A stretch of DNA of 64,000 nt from the NCBI GenBank assembly GCA_964036045.1, contig OZ038378.1:74152001-74216000 (forward strand), in the 5' to 3' direction. The translations under genes and the position numbers were made by a program. Below the pieces are notes generated by a model that had not been told where the DNA came from, searched no databases, and saw nothing but the letters and a program-made list of their open reading frames with translations. Origin of the DNA: Eutreptiella sp. 'Long Island Sound 2002'. Lineage: Eukaryota; Protista; Euglenida. This document shows, one piece after another, positions 48,542 through 61,288 of this stretch (positions are counted from its first letter, which is position 1; every line of letters begins with the position of its first letter).

Positions 48542-49704
48542 ATGACGTGATTCAAAGCCCTCTGGCTCGCATCGGAAAGAGGGTCACCACTGTTCATACA
48601 TTGTACAGATTTAGTTGGGCATTTAAATTACACATATTACTTTGGTTGGACACAAACAATTCCACGCGCTAAAAGAGAGCAGGGAGCCTTGGGCAAGAAA
48701 ACTGATTCCGAAGCAAACAAAAACAAAGACAATAGTGAAGCCTATGGGTTCAGGGGCAACAGCGGTGAGATGAAAAAAAACAATGCACAAGAGTTTGGGC
48801 TAGCTACCTAGAGTTCTGAGTCTTGCGAAGCCTCCTCGGCACTAGCCCGGCCAGTGCTCGCACCTTTCTCACTTTGTGCTAGCAAGGGGAACCAAAACTA
48901 CGGTCCAAGGCAGCTACCGTGAGCCTCTGGGGACTGCAAGTGGTGGCCACCCCAATGTGGGCACCTCTGACCTGCTCCAACCCCTGGCATACTTGCTGAA
49001 GCTTAGTGCAAGTCCGTGGCGACAATTGCCCAGGTGCAGCTTCAGCTTGTGCTGCCGACGTCTGGGTTGCTGCCATGGGATGCTGGGTCGCTCACGCGGT
49101 TTGTCGTTCTGCCCCATGGTTGTCCGATTCCGCTTGGTGCAGCCGCCCTCGTTGGTTCGGCGCCTCCAACTTTGCCGTTAGTGTGTAGGTTTGTTGTCAA
49201 TTCTTAGATGGCTACTATCGCAGCCTTTGCACCATGGGGTCCCGTACTTGCTGGTTGCAACTGCAGTTGCTAGGCCGGCGCCTTCTTGGTGGCGGGGGCA
49301 TCGGTTGTGTCAAGCACAAGTTGCTCATTTTTTTTGGGCGCAAGTCGAGTGTGGGAAAAACAGGCTCAGAAATATAGATACGAGAGTTATGCTTTTTTTG
49401 TGACACGACCTACACCTGAAAAAATTTACGCGCCTTACGTTTTTTTTGAACAAAAAAGAAAAGCGAGGTACGTTTTTTTCGTTACGCGACCTGCACTTTT
49501 TTGATACGGGACCCAAAGAAAAAAAGAAATAAGCGAGTTACTTTTTTCTTTTTGCAAAAGAAATACCACGGTACCTTTTACATGACGTACACTTGTTTTA
49601 ATGCGCGACCTATTGCCAGAAGAAAAAAAAGGGGGTGAGGCAGCCACTTCTGATTTTGTTCCCCTTTGTTGGGGATCACCGAGAATGGAAGGGTGATGTA
49701 GTGT
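48542..49704. repeat. Segment X, near-identical to X' 50143-51306
   Basis: Offset 1601-1602 with only a few substitutions and one poly-T length change. Confidence 0.97.
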
Positions 49705-49705
49705 A

Positions 49706-50145
49706 GAGCTACAGCGTGAGCCCAGCTGGGATTCTGACACCGTGCTAGAGGAGTGGGAGAGCGTGTCGATTGAGGAGGGCCTAAAGCAGACCGGTCAGAC
49801 CACGGTATGCGGCGGGGATCAACGTGGTCCCCAAATGGAGGCCGAAGGGCAACAATTGGTATGCGACAGGCATGTCATGCTACGACACATACGGGGAGAT
49901 GGGTACCAAGTATACACGGAGTTTGACGGGGACTGCTCCCAGTGCACCAGACAATATGGGGCAAAGGGCGGTACAACCATGGTGATAGCGGGGGCGACAG
50001 TGCTCGTGGAAGGGATTTTCCTAAGACTGCACAGAGTTGTGCCGGGTATGCGCATAGAGTTGAGGACAAAGTTGCATGGAGGGGCAGGAGACTTGCAAAC
50101 ACTGGCGGCGTTAGCGGTTTTGATGGTCCAGAAGTACAATACATG
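49706..50145 (+). repeat. Segment Y, near-identical copy of gag fragment 52522-52961 of YR element 2
   Basis: Identical translation LEEWESVSIEEG...VQKYNT; offset 2816. Confidence 0.97.
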
Positions 50146-51306
50146 ACGTGATTCAAAGCCCTCTGGCTCGCATCGGAAAGAGGGTCACCACTGTTCATAC
50201 ATTGTACAGATTTAGTTGGGCATTTAAATTACACATATTACTTTGGTTGGACACAAACAATTCCACGCGCTAAAAGAGAGCAGGGAGCCTTGGGCAAGAA
50301 AACTGATTCCGAAGCAAACAAAAACAAAGACAATAGTGAAGCCTATGGGTTCAGGGGCAACAGCGGTGAGATGAAAAAAAACAATGCACAAGAGTTTGGG
50401 CTAGCTACCTAGAGTTCTGAGTCTTGCGAAGCCTCCTCGGCACTAGCCCGGCCAGTGCTCGCACCTTTCTCACTTTGTGCTAGCAAGGGGAACCAAAACT
50501 ACGGTCCAAGGCAGCTACCGTGAGCCTGTGGGGACTGCAAGTGGTGGCCACCCCAATGTGGGCACCTCTGACCTGCTCCAACCCCTGGCATACTTGCTGA
50601 AGCTTAGTGCAAGTCCGTGGCGACAATTGCCCAGGTGCAGCTTCAGCTTGTGCTGCCGACGTCTGGGTTGCTGCCATGGGATGCTGGGTCGCTCACGCGG
50701 TTTGTCGTTCTGCCCCATGGTTGTCCGATTCCGCTTGGTGCAGCCGCCCTCGTTGGTTCGGCGCCTCCAACTTTGCCGTTAGTGTGTAGGTTTGTTGTCA
50801 ATTCTTAGATGGCTACTATCGCAGCCTTTGCACCATGGGGTCCCGTACTTGCTGGTTGCAACTGCAGTTGCTAGGCCGGCGCCTTCTTGGTGGCGGGGGC
50901 ATCGGTTGTGTCAAGCACAAGTTGCTCATTTTTTTTTTGGCGCAAGTCGAGTGTGGGAAAAACAGGCTCGGAAATATAGATACGAGAGTTATGCTTTTTT
51001 TGTGACACGACCTACACCTGAAAAAATTTACGCGCCTTACGTTTTTTTTGAACAAAAAAGAAAAGCGAGGTACGTTTTTTTCGTTACGCGACCTGCACTT
51101 TTTTGATACGGGACCCAAAGAAAAAAAGAAATAAGCGAGTTACTTTTTTCTTTTTGCAAAAGAAATACCACGGTACCTTTTACATGACGTACACTTGTTT
51201 TAATGCGCGACCTATTGCCAGAAGAAAAAAAAGGGGGTGAGGCAGCCACTTCTGATTTTGTTCCCCTTTGTTGGGGATCACCGAGAATGGAAGGGTGATG
51301 TAGTGT
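50143..51306. repeat. Segment X'
   Basis: Duplicate of 48542-49704. Confidence 0.97.
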
Positions 51307-51722
51307 TTCCGCCCTCGTTTGGGCCCCCAAGAAGGCAGGTATGAGGCACCCACTTCTGATTTTATTTTCCTTTGTGGGGGACCACTACTGATTTTTTGCT
51401 CCCCGCGCTCGGGTTGAGGATCCCCGACAATGAAGGGGCGACGTAGGTAGGTTAGGTAGGGTGAGCGAGCTTTCAAATGCTGCCACTCCGGAACAAGATG
51501 TTTTGGTGCCCGTCCTTGCCACTCTCTCCAACGTAGCCAAGCCCTGGAATGCTGGCATGGATGATACTGCTATCCCTGTGGTTCCAGCACGGATGGCAAC
51601 CCGCTAGACGCCCGTCAAACCAAGCCTCTTGTTGTCGGAGATTTGTTAAGAGACAAGAACGTTCTTGCGCGGCTTCAGGACAAGTTGTACCACAATGAGG
51701 TTGATGAGCCACGGGCATCGAC

Positions 51723-54700
51723 CTTTGTACGTTGTATAGTTGTTCAATAGCGAGCTGTCATCGAGTGGGTACTACAAGCAGAATACTAGGGACAGGGCAG
51801 GACTGCAGGGTCATCGTTTGCTGCACAGTCTGATTTTCATCTTAAATGAACAGATGTGTGTGCCGGTCGGGGGCACCCCGTCACGAGGGGCGCCTATCTC
51901 ATGCCGTGGGAGCAGGAGAGCTGTCAACCGCTCGCCAGCGTGGAGATCAGGCTATCGACGACACCGTCCATACCAGCCGATTGGGGATGGGCACCTTGGA
52001 GAGTGACAAGGGTGCTGGGTATGCCGAGAACGTGCTTGAGGCACCCGGCAGAGGTGACATAGTGGGGGACAAGGACCACGAGCAGGATGATGATGGAGGG
52101 CAAACCGGAGCCAAAAGCAGGTTTGAGGAGTATGCGGCCGGTGACCATGAAGTATGGAGAGTAGGAGACGAAGCCGGAGTTCACCATACGGGAGCCGGCC
52201 CCGTAGGCCCGCTGTGCAATAAGCCCCGCCGTGATGACGGTGGCGAGCTCATGTAGATCAATCAAGGCCCCCCTCAGACCGAGTCGAGCGACAACGGCTG
52301 TTGGCGACGGCAGCGACCCAATGGGAGAAGGAGAACCTGCTGACCAAGTCGCTCCGTGATTTATGGTCCTCCTCCGACGACGGCGGGAAGCTCGCAGAGT
52401 CCCCCTCCCCCCCCGGGACAGCCCTCGTCGAAGGCCGAGCACGAGTGGCGGAAGGAGCTTGAGTACAATAGAATCATTGGAGCAACAAGGAGATCCCCAC
52501 AAGGCTGTGCAAGAAGATTGGGAGCTACAGCGTGAGCCCAGCTGGGATTCTGACACCGTGCTAGAGGAGTGGGAGAGCGTGTCGATTGAGGAGGGCCTAA
52601 AGCAGACCGGTCAGACCACGGTATGCGGCGGGGATCAACGTGGTCCCCAAATGGAGGCCGAAGGGCAACAATTGGTATGCGACAGGCATGTCATGCTACG
52701 ACACATACGGGGAGATGGGTACCAAGTATACACGGAGTTTGACGGGGACTGCTCCCAGTGCACCAGACAATATGGGGCAAAGGGCGGTACAACCATGGTG
52801 ATAGCGGGGGCGACAGTGCTCGTGGAAGGGATTTTCCTAAGACTGCACAGAGTTGTGCCGGGTATGCGCATAGAGTTGAGGACAAAGTTGCATGGAGGGG
52901 CAGGAGACTTGCAAACACTGGCGGCGTTAGCGGTTTTGATGGTCCAGAAGTACAACACATGTAGGGCGTACCTATCAAGGGCCCCGCCGACGGCCGGGGC
53001 GTTCAGAAGAACAATTGAAAACATGGTGAGAAGATTTAGCGGGGACACATCGGTATTGTTGGCAGAGGTGGCGAAAGTGTGCCGGGTATCACACCACATC
53101 ACATGTGGCACCTGGTAGGGGCCTTTGAGGTCTATGTGGGGGCGGTGTTGCATATCAGCTTCCTGCAATATGTGCAGGTGCAACGTACCGAGTACCACAG
53201 CACGGCGGACCGGGATGCCCCGCACGAGGCCCGCAAAGAATATCATGAATTGGAGCGACGAATGGAGATTAAGAAAGAAGATGCCCACGCACCTCGACAC
53301 GAACCATAGGAGGCCAGCAGTGACGAAGAATCCCCTATGATGCACTCACTATGGTCAACGTACGGAAGATTCACAGGCGCCTGGGTGCGCCGACGTGGAC
53401 CATACGAGTAAGTACAACGCTACGCAAGTATCTATAGGACCGGGAGATAGTGGGGTAACATGGCCTGGCACATGCGGTATGTATGCGGTATGGAATGTCT
53501 TGAGAAAAATGGATTGTCAAGGAGCCAGCTACCTGAAGGAGCATTGGAAGGAAAAGAAGAAGAGGATGAAGGACAAGCGAAACCCACGCAAGGAAACAAA
53601 GAAAATCGGTAAGGGGAGAAAACGCAAGAAGTCCAAGGATTGGTCGAGTTCTTCCAGCAGATCGTCTCGTGGGTCTAGCTCAGGTGGGGACGGCATGACC
53701 TCATCATCATCCTCCTCCGCAGGGGAACCGCAGAAAAACACGCAACGGCCACACGCTAGTAAGCGAGGAAACCGGAAATGCGCATCGCGGGTGGCCGCTG
53801 GGAGTTTTGGTCCCAAAAGCAACAAAAGTGGATTGACTATACGAGCCCACTAGAAGCGCCAAGCCCCAAGTGCGGGCAACAACATTGGTATCACGACGCC
53901 GAGGCCTTTGGTTGCGGGGCCTGACTGCTAGCAGATTGCAAGGGGGGCTTGTAGGCGGTGGACCAAGGGGGGCGAAGACTCCGGGCGGCCTTACAGGCTT
54001 ACTTGGACGCCACTGAGGCGGAGCTTGGACAGTCATGGCTGTCAACGGCATCACACACCCGGGAGGAGCGTACTAGGAAAGGGTATGCTGCGGCAGTCAA
54101 CCCTTGTGAGTGTCTGAAGTTGGAGATTACGGAAATGGTGGCAGGGGACAATGCGGAGGGTAGCCTCAAGAAAGTGCTTTGTGGATGCAGGCATCTGGAC
54201 AAACTACCACTACACCCGAGAATCGTGGAGCCGGGAGATTGGCAGGTGGTCAGGTGGCTGGCCAAGAGATAGTTTCGAGTGGGCACAACCTTGGTACCCT
54301 GGGCGCCGATGGATATTTTCGGATGGCTCGCGGAGCAGATAAAGAATTTGGAGACGGCAGAGGTCGTGGCCTTGGTGTGCATCGGTGTGGCATGCTTGCT
54401 ATAGGCTTGAGAGGCGGTATCGGTGCGGACCAGTGAAAAGGGAGACGTTCGGTTCAATGCAGAGAAGGGGCGCCCAAGCATATGGGACGTCGAGGTGGGG
54501 CCGTGGACGAGATGGTGGGCGCTATTCGGGAGATCTAAAGGTTGAAGCATGGGAGGGCGGACCTGTCGTTCTCCTTCGATGATGCAAATGGACTCCAAGC
54601 AAAGGGAGAAGGTGGTCTCGGGTTCGGACTTTGCGAAGTACCAATGGCATGCTTCCCGCATATGCGGGGCGGCGGTACTATGGTATTGGGGAGCACGCAT

Positions 54701-56830
54701 CCAGACCATCGCGCTGGTAAGGGGCCGGCTCCCGCCAGCAATCGCCAAGGCCTACTGCCATCGGCAACACGAATGCAGCCGCGAACCATGCATGGGACTG
54801 CCGGTACCTGTGGACTGGGTGGGACGTGGTGCAGAAGGGGAGTTCGGCTACAAGTCAGAAGAAAGGGCTGTGGACAGTATGTGGGCAAAATGGATCCGGG
54901 TAGATCTGCGAGACGGCCACACTGAGCGACGCGATACGGGTGGAGAAGCGCCAAACAACGACAAAGCAATGGAAGAGGACCCGGTCGGCGGAGCCTGCCT
55001 GTACCAGGGCCAAAGAATACGACGGCAAATCCAGCAGCGAAGGGGAGTACGTCTTTATGGCCAGTGAGCACTGAGCATGTGAAGCGGTTCGGGAAGCCCG
55101 TGGAACGCGTGATGGAGCTGCCAGATGTTCCGGATTGTTACGCCCGCTTGGTGGCGGGAGGACCCATGGCGTTAGGCAGATTGGCTGCGCAGAATGAGCC
55201 CAAGAGAGGCATGGACAGACTAGCGGAAGCCCTGTCAACCATCTAACACGACAGCCTCAGCCAAGCATCCGACGAGTCTTGTTATGATCCAGACCACTAG
55301 GAGCCCGTCGCCGTGGAGTTGGCTAAACGGGGGTTGGGAGAAGTAGGCAAAGCGCCTGTGGCTTCCGCGTTATGGCGCAAGAATGTACTGAAGAAATGCC
55401 ACAACAAGCACGGCACTAGCAAAGCCAGGGTGATCCCTAAACGCTCCCAAAAATGTTCCCTAATTTTTGCGTGTGTATGATTCAATAAGGCAGATGGCAG
55501 GTCACTGGCGAGGGTTCAACTCCCGCAGATTGACAAGGTGCTGCGCATGTTGGCGACGGCTAGCCCTAAGTCTTATCTAACGAAACTTGATATAGCAAAC
55601 TATTTCTGGTCCATCCGTATGCCACGGTGCTGGACGAGAGTGTTCCGTGTGTGCACGCGGCGTGGGTGTTATAGTCGGTTGACTCTGCCCTTTGGCTGGC
55701 GGTATTCGCGTGTGATTTGCCAAAGGCTTGTTTCCCCACTGGTGAGGCGTGCGTTACGTGGGTTGCGTGTATGGGGGCCACTTACATGGATAATGTGCTT
55801 GTTGTAGCGGTAGGTCGTGACCGTGTCAGAATGGCGGTGCGGCGTGTGTGTAGAACTTTGCGCCGCGCGGGTTTTTTGGTTGGTGCTAAAAGTGTTGTTG
55901 AGTTGGTGCGTGTGATCGATTTCATAGGGAAGAGATTTGATTCTGCGGCTCAGACTATCGAGATCGAACCAGGGCTGATGGGCAGTGCTATTGTGCTGTG
56001 GTTGCTGGGCTTGGTGCGCAACCGCCTGAGTGAACTTACGGTTGCAAGGTCATTAGGGAAGCTTGAGTGGGCGATATGCCCCAATGCAGGCCTGGCCCCT
56101 TTCGTTTCAAGAGGGCACTGCTGGAAGCTTACGGATTACAGGGATTTGGGGGGCAGGTTAGGCGGTCCCTCATAACTGTGTTGGCGTTTGCCTTAAACCC
56201 CCAGAGCTACTCGCATTGGCCTTGGTTGATAGACAGGCTTTCGCAAGGCTGTGTTTTCTTTACTGACACACCTGAAACACGGAAGCAAAACAGATACAGG
56301 ATCGGGATTGTGCGTGCAGCAGGGCAATCACGTAGCCCCGGAGTGGATAGACACGGTGCAACATGCTGAGCTTTATGCAGCCCTGTTTGCCTTGCGTTTG
56401 GGGTGTTACATGCACCTTCCTTATGTTGTGGTAGCCACGGACAGTGATGTCACTAGGTCGCAGATTTTAGGGATGAAGGGAGAAAATTATTTGCGCTCTC
56501 AGCAATGTATGCTTCGCTAGTTATTTTGGTTACGTAGTTGGAATGACCACCCCATGGGCGTTTTTAGAGTCTGCACTGATGTTAACCCTACAGACCCCCC
56601 TAGTAGGCTGGGATCCTTTGGCACACGTGATGCAGTCACTGATTGTGTTAAGCGCCGACAGGTAGCTTTGAAAGGGGAGCCGAACCCGTATATGTGCCTT
56701 GCTTTTCTCCCGAGGTTTGCGTGGGGCCTGCCTTGATTTTCCTGCTTGATACCTCGCATTCACTCGATTCGAGGTTGGCAGCTTGATCAGCCTATGGAAT
56801 GCAAGTTTTGCCTGCGTTCATGCGTGCTCG
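51723..56830 (+). mobile_element. YR retrotransposon copy 2 (diverged subfamily, more decayed, 3'-truncated within B1)
   Basis: A-like repeat at 51723-~51855 (tttgtacgttgta...cagtctgattttcatcttaaatgaacaga). gag ends in CGQQHWYHDAEAFGC (~53870-53920). YR ~53945-54790 (WHASR kept, catalytic Arg lost). RT ~55060-55960 (LPFGW, YMDN). RNaseH to 56738 (FFTDT, QHAELY, NPTDPPSR). B-like gttggcagcttg at 56775. Confidence 0.9.
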
Positions 56831-56869
56831 GTCTGCCCCACAGAACAACAGTAAGCCGAAACTATGGCG

Positions 56870-57355
56870 GTGACATGCATTGCGTCTTGCCTGAAAATGA
56901 TGAGGAAGTACGAAGACAGTAAGGGCACCAACCATACAACCGTTGGTTTGGCTTTGAGGCGCCACCACATATTTATTATTAATAGTGACCGTGGTGAAGG
57001 GCTCCATTGGTTTCTTGTGCCATCGACCGCGAAGTCCCAGTATGGGCCTTCAAAGTTCACATTTGGGAGCCACTTTGTGGTAATTCCTTGGTCCGGCCAA
57101 TGTTGAAACGCCTCAAGTCAAAGGGTGTTGCCGCACATGCTCGGGCTTTGGGTTTTCAAGAGGATAGTTGGTCATGTGGCTATCAATCGCTGCATCTTTG
57201 TGATGAGGTGGCTGGCCAAAGGGGAAGCCTCGACAACGTTGTTGTTACACCTTTGCTGAAAGGTTTCATCAAGGAAGCACTGCGCATCATCAATGCAGAT
57301 CGCTCCGTCCGAGTCCCCGGCACCATCCCGGAGAATGGGTGGGAGGGGGGGTGAT
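56870..57355 (+). pseudogene. Ulp1/SENP-like clan CE (C48) cysteine protease remnant
   Basis: FIINSDRGEGLHW (His 57005), then a frameshift, then CAID...IWEPL...GFQEDSWSCGY (Gln 57157, Cys 57175). Confidence 0.7.
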
Positions 57356-58003
57356 TTCCTGGGAGCCTGGAGAATCTCCTCCTGCCCCAGCCTCCAACCC
57401 TGAGTCCCCGCCCCCATCTACTTCCCCCCTCCTTTTTGATGAAGAGGATCCTCTTTCGGAACCCGAGGGCAACATAGCTGCCTCCTCCTGGGAGCCAACA
57501 ATTGGAGAATCTCCTGCCTTCCCGGCTTGCAACTCCGAGGACGTGCCCCAAGATGGGAAGTCCGTAAAGGGCAATGTTAAGGCCCCTCCACAGACCCTGC
57601 AGTCCACTTCCTCTTCTAACCCCCCCACAAGTGATGACGCCCGTCCATACGTGTTCATCCGTGGGAAGCTTTTCGAGGTGCCCGCGACGTACCCAAAATG
57701 CGCAGAGGGTCGGTTGGTGAACGACAAACAGTTTTTTCGAGAGTTGCTTGCAAAGGACATGCATGACGCTTGTGCGCTTGCGCGGAACACGAATCCACGT
57801 GCAAAGCCGAAGGCATCGGACACACTTCTGGTTTGATCTACAAGCGTGTGTTTGCCGACTTCTTGTAGTTGGTGCCACACCATTATGGGTGCATGCGAAG
57901 AATGTAGCTGGCCCGAGGTGACCGGACTCAGGTGGTATCACTGGCTTGAGCTTCCTAGCCAGTGGCGCCGGCAGTATCGGTATCCGTGTCATTTTGACAC
58001 CGC

Positions 58004-58100
58004 TTGCCAAAGGCCGAAGGGCAAATTGCATTTTTTGTTTGCGGTCATGATGAGTGTGCTCCATGTTATTTCCGCTATCTGCTGGCGATGAGTATAAAGA
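58004..58100 (+). pseudogene. Partial RING-finger-like motif
   Basis: FFVCGHDECAPCYFRYL resembles the CGHxxCxxC half of a RING domain. The first CxxC is not in frame. Confidence 0.3.
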
Positions 58101-58229
58101 CCACCCTTCACGCCGCGGCTCCATTGCTTTACACGTGCCGGAGGTACCCAAAATGTCCATGGGAGCTATATGCTTCACCTCCTCCGGTAGCAATGGCGGT
58201 TGTTGGGTGGTTCTTGTGTTTCCCCGCAT

Positions 58230-58400
58230 TTTTTTTTTTTTTTTGGAAAAAAGGGTTTTTTTTTTCATACACGACTTACGCCAAAAAATAAAAGTTTGCG
58301 CAACTTACACCAAAAAAAAAATCCGTTGAAAAAAAAATGCGACTTACGCAAAAAAAAAGTTAGGCGTCTGACGCCAAAAAAAACAGCGACTTACGCTTAT
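58230..58400. repeat. Cluster of CGACTTACGC-like motifs separated by A/T tracts
   Basis: cgacttacgcc, caacttacacc, cgacttacgc, tctgacgcc and cgacttacgc alternate with A6-A10 runs. Confidence 0.7.
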
Positions 58401-59956
58401 TTCCACAATCGAGCTACGCTTTCCTCGGCATCGGTTGGGCAGGTCGTGAGGGCCTTGCCCTTGTGTTCCTTCCCCCGTGTGGATCTCCCCCCAGCCTACG
58501 TCCCCGACTTCACCCACATCTGAGTTTCAGTGCTGACATCCTCCGCTTCACCCTTCGCTTTCCCCCCCCCCTTCCCGTGATTTCTTTCCAACCCACGCGC
58601 GCATCTGCAACGACGCATCATCGCTCCTGTCCAAATTGCGCGGCCCCCATGCTTGGCAGCTCCCAAGCTCCAAAATTTTTCACCTGACAAGAACCCTTGG
58701 GTAATTGCCCTTTCCACCCTCCAATGCCCGGACTAGAGGCGGAATGCAAACCGCCCCGGCTGACCCCTTCTCCCATAAAAAAAAAATGAAAACCAACAAT
58801 TTGGGGCTGCTCAAACATACTACAGACACCAGGTCAGTGTTTAGAATTGGCATTCATTGTTTGGCACATTCCTTAGCAGTAGGTAACTTGCTTGCAGGTA
58901 CTGAGATAGCGTTTCCCGGTTTGGGTGCTGACCACGGTCAGCTCTTACTGTGTGCATGGCAATCAGGAATGAGGGCGAGTAGATGGGGGTTGTGGACGGA
59001 GGACAGGGTGGAGGAGGGGATTGAGGTGCCAGTGAGGTGCCAGGGTATGTGTATATTTGCCATTGACGTGTTCGGATTACAACTCCTGAACAAAGTTGAA
59101 AGTGAGGCTTACATCCAACAATCATTGAATGGGCCCATTCAAAGACTGTCTTTGTGACAATCAGCATTCAGTTTCTGAACATGTGGCACCGCAAGCATCC
59201 AGTAAGCGACAACAGCCTATGGACATGCATTGATGAATGGGCAAAACTGTGCCAGCAGCAGCGCATGGGCGCCGTACCAACATTGTCCCCACAATTTTTG
59301 TTTTCACACAAATTGGGTGATGTGCGATCAGTTGATGCATGTTTCCAGGAGTTGAAGGAGAAATGTGCAGCATCACAGGAACTGTATGACTCTAGAAGTG
59401 CTCCCAACAAGCACCAACCCTAGTAAATGCTCATGAGGAGCACCACCCCTGGAAAGTCACCAGAGGTGGCCGTTTTCAGGAGCGGCGATTTTTTTGTCAA
59501 GCTTTTTGCTCCTGAAGAGCTTGGAGCATTGCTCCCACTGCAGGCCCTTCAATCTTTTTTTTGACATTTCTATCCCCAACAGCTCAAAAGTCTTGACAGT
59601 CCCCCTTTAATTCATGTTGTCCCCAACTGTTGAGTTGTGCAGTCATTTCCCCTGGCTGAAAGTGATGCTTTGCTCCTCTTCCTGTAGCCACCTAGTCCCT
59701 TGCCCATGCCTTGTGGACTTTCCACACTGCCATGCCGCCACAAATTGGCGTCCATGCTCTGCAGAAGGTGCAGCCCCATGTGATTTCATCTTCTGTTGTG
59801 ATGTCCCGTCCGGTCCTCGTCATCACCAGTTGCATTAAGGCTCCAAGCAAAGGTGATTTCTGCCGCACGTCGGGAATTTTATAAACCATTTTGGAAAGCC
59901 TAAAAGGAGGGGCAGATACCCTTCCTTTCTCACTAAGAGCTGTTGAATGTTGAATG

Positions 59957-60052
59957 CGTGGTTGTGGTGGTTGTGGATATGGTTGTGGCTGTGCATGTAA
60001 TTGTGGTTGCCATTGTGGTTGTGGCCATGGTTGTAGTTGGTTGTTGTTGTGA
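59957..60052. repeat. Degenerate (TGGTTG)n/(GTT)n microsatellite
   Basis: Low-complexity gttgtggtggttgtgg... tract upstream of the MAPK start. Confidence 0.8.
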
Positions 60053-60150
60053 TACCATCGAAACCCTGACCGCCAGACATCTTTGCACCTCATATTTGCA
60101 GGTCCATGGTCTAGTTGGCATTTGCTGTGGATCCTAAATGGACGTTTGTT

Positions 60151-60332
60151 ATGGCACGTGAAGCCCCAAAATATGTCAGTTATGCAATAAAAGGAGGACG
60201 GCCATTCGTTGTGACAGATGACTACAGAGTCGATTGCCAGTTGGGCAGTGGTGGTTTTGGTGTCGTATGCAGTGGAACACATGTGTTGACAGATGAGAGG
60301 GTGGCCATCAAGCAACTCTTTTTGGATGGCAG
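60151..60332 (+). CDS. MAP kinase (CMGC), exon 1
   Basis: MAREAPKY...DYRVDCQLGSGGFGVVCSG...ERVAIKQLFLDG covers kinase subdomains I-II. GT donor at 60333. The start codon is inferred. Confidence 0.88.
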
Positions 60333-61124
60333 GTGTGTGTGCATGTGCCCAGGGTCATTGTCATGTTGACTACAAGTGCAGACAACTATCAAAGTGATGT
60401 TCAAGGGAATGGTAACAGTCCACATAATTCGACATCTAAAAGGTGGCGGTCACGCACCATGCAGGCAATGCTAAAGGTGGTGGCAAACGTAAAGGCAACT
60501 GCGAAGGCGAACAATACCATAAGATTGCTTTTTGCCTTCACATTACCTGACACTGGCATCATCTTTGTCAATCCGGTCGTAATCACCTCTACTTCTTCTT
60601 GATGATTGCCCTTATCGGTTGTGCAAAGCAATGCCGTTTTATGTCATGCAATGTACTGCAACACAACGTAAGGTGAAGTGAAGCGAAGTAAAGTATTTCT
60701 GAAGGCACTGAATGACAAAGGCCATGATACAGGAAGACAAGGTCATCATAAAGGGTTGTCATAAAGGCCAACTTAAGATCAAGGTCATCATGAACGTGGT
60801 TAAAAATTCATGATGATCCATTGATAAAGGCAATGATAAGGGTGACCCTAGACTGCAACCATTCAGGTGAGGGTAACAAGCTCAGGTTCCAGCTGGAACA
60901 ATACATCTCATGAAAAGAGCAACACCATGCACAGAGGGCTCAAAGTGTGACGCAGGATACTGGCGTGACGCCATAAGGCAGTAGATCATGTGAGGCAGTG
61001 AAAATGATGCTTGGGAGCCTCAGTCCAAAAACACGAAGTGGTGCAATGATCGCTGGGCAAGTTTTTGTGAATTGAACAACAAGAAACCCAGTTTCTGACA
61101 ACCTTTGCCTGACTGCAAATTTAG

Positions 61125-61288
61125 GGTGATAAGTGGTGTTCGCTTACTTCGGGAAATCAAGGCTCTCAAGTTCTTTGACCATGACAACATTGTATCCCTT
61201 TATGACATTATTCAAATACATGATAAAAACTTTCACGAAATTTATTTGGTGATGGATTACATGGACTGCGACTTAGGTGCAATCATAG
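61125..61288 (+). CDS. MAP kinase, exon 2 (gene continues beyond what is identifiable here)
   Basis: AG acceptor at 61123-24. VISGVRLLREIKALKFFDHDNIVSLYDII...EIYLVMDYMDCDLGAII covers subdomains III-V. GT donor at 61289. The spliced K-to-LRE spacing equals that of ERK-type kinases. Confidence 0.9.

Noticed and set aside
48945-48964. ggccaccccaatgtgggcac resembles, from memory, part of the trypanosome L1Tc/ingi Pr77 HDV-like ribozyme
   Set aside because: I could not build a P1 or P2 pairing with the flanks, and it is not at a LINE 5' end. A covariance-model search would be needed.
59835-60137. His/Asn-, Gln/Pro- or Thr-rich ORFs
   Set aside because: These are translations of a degenerate microsatellite on all frames.
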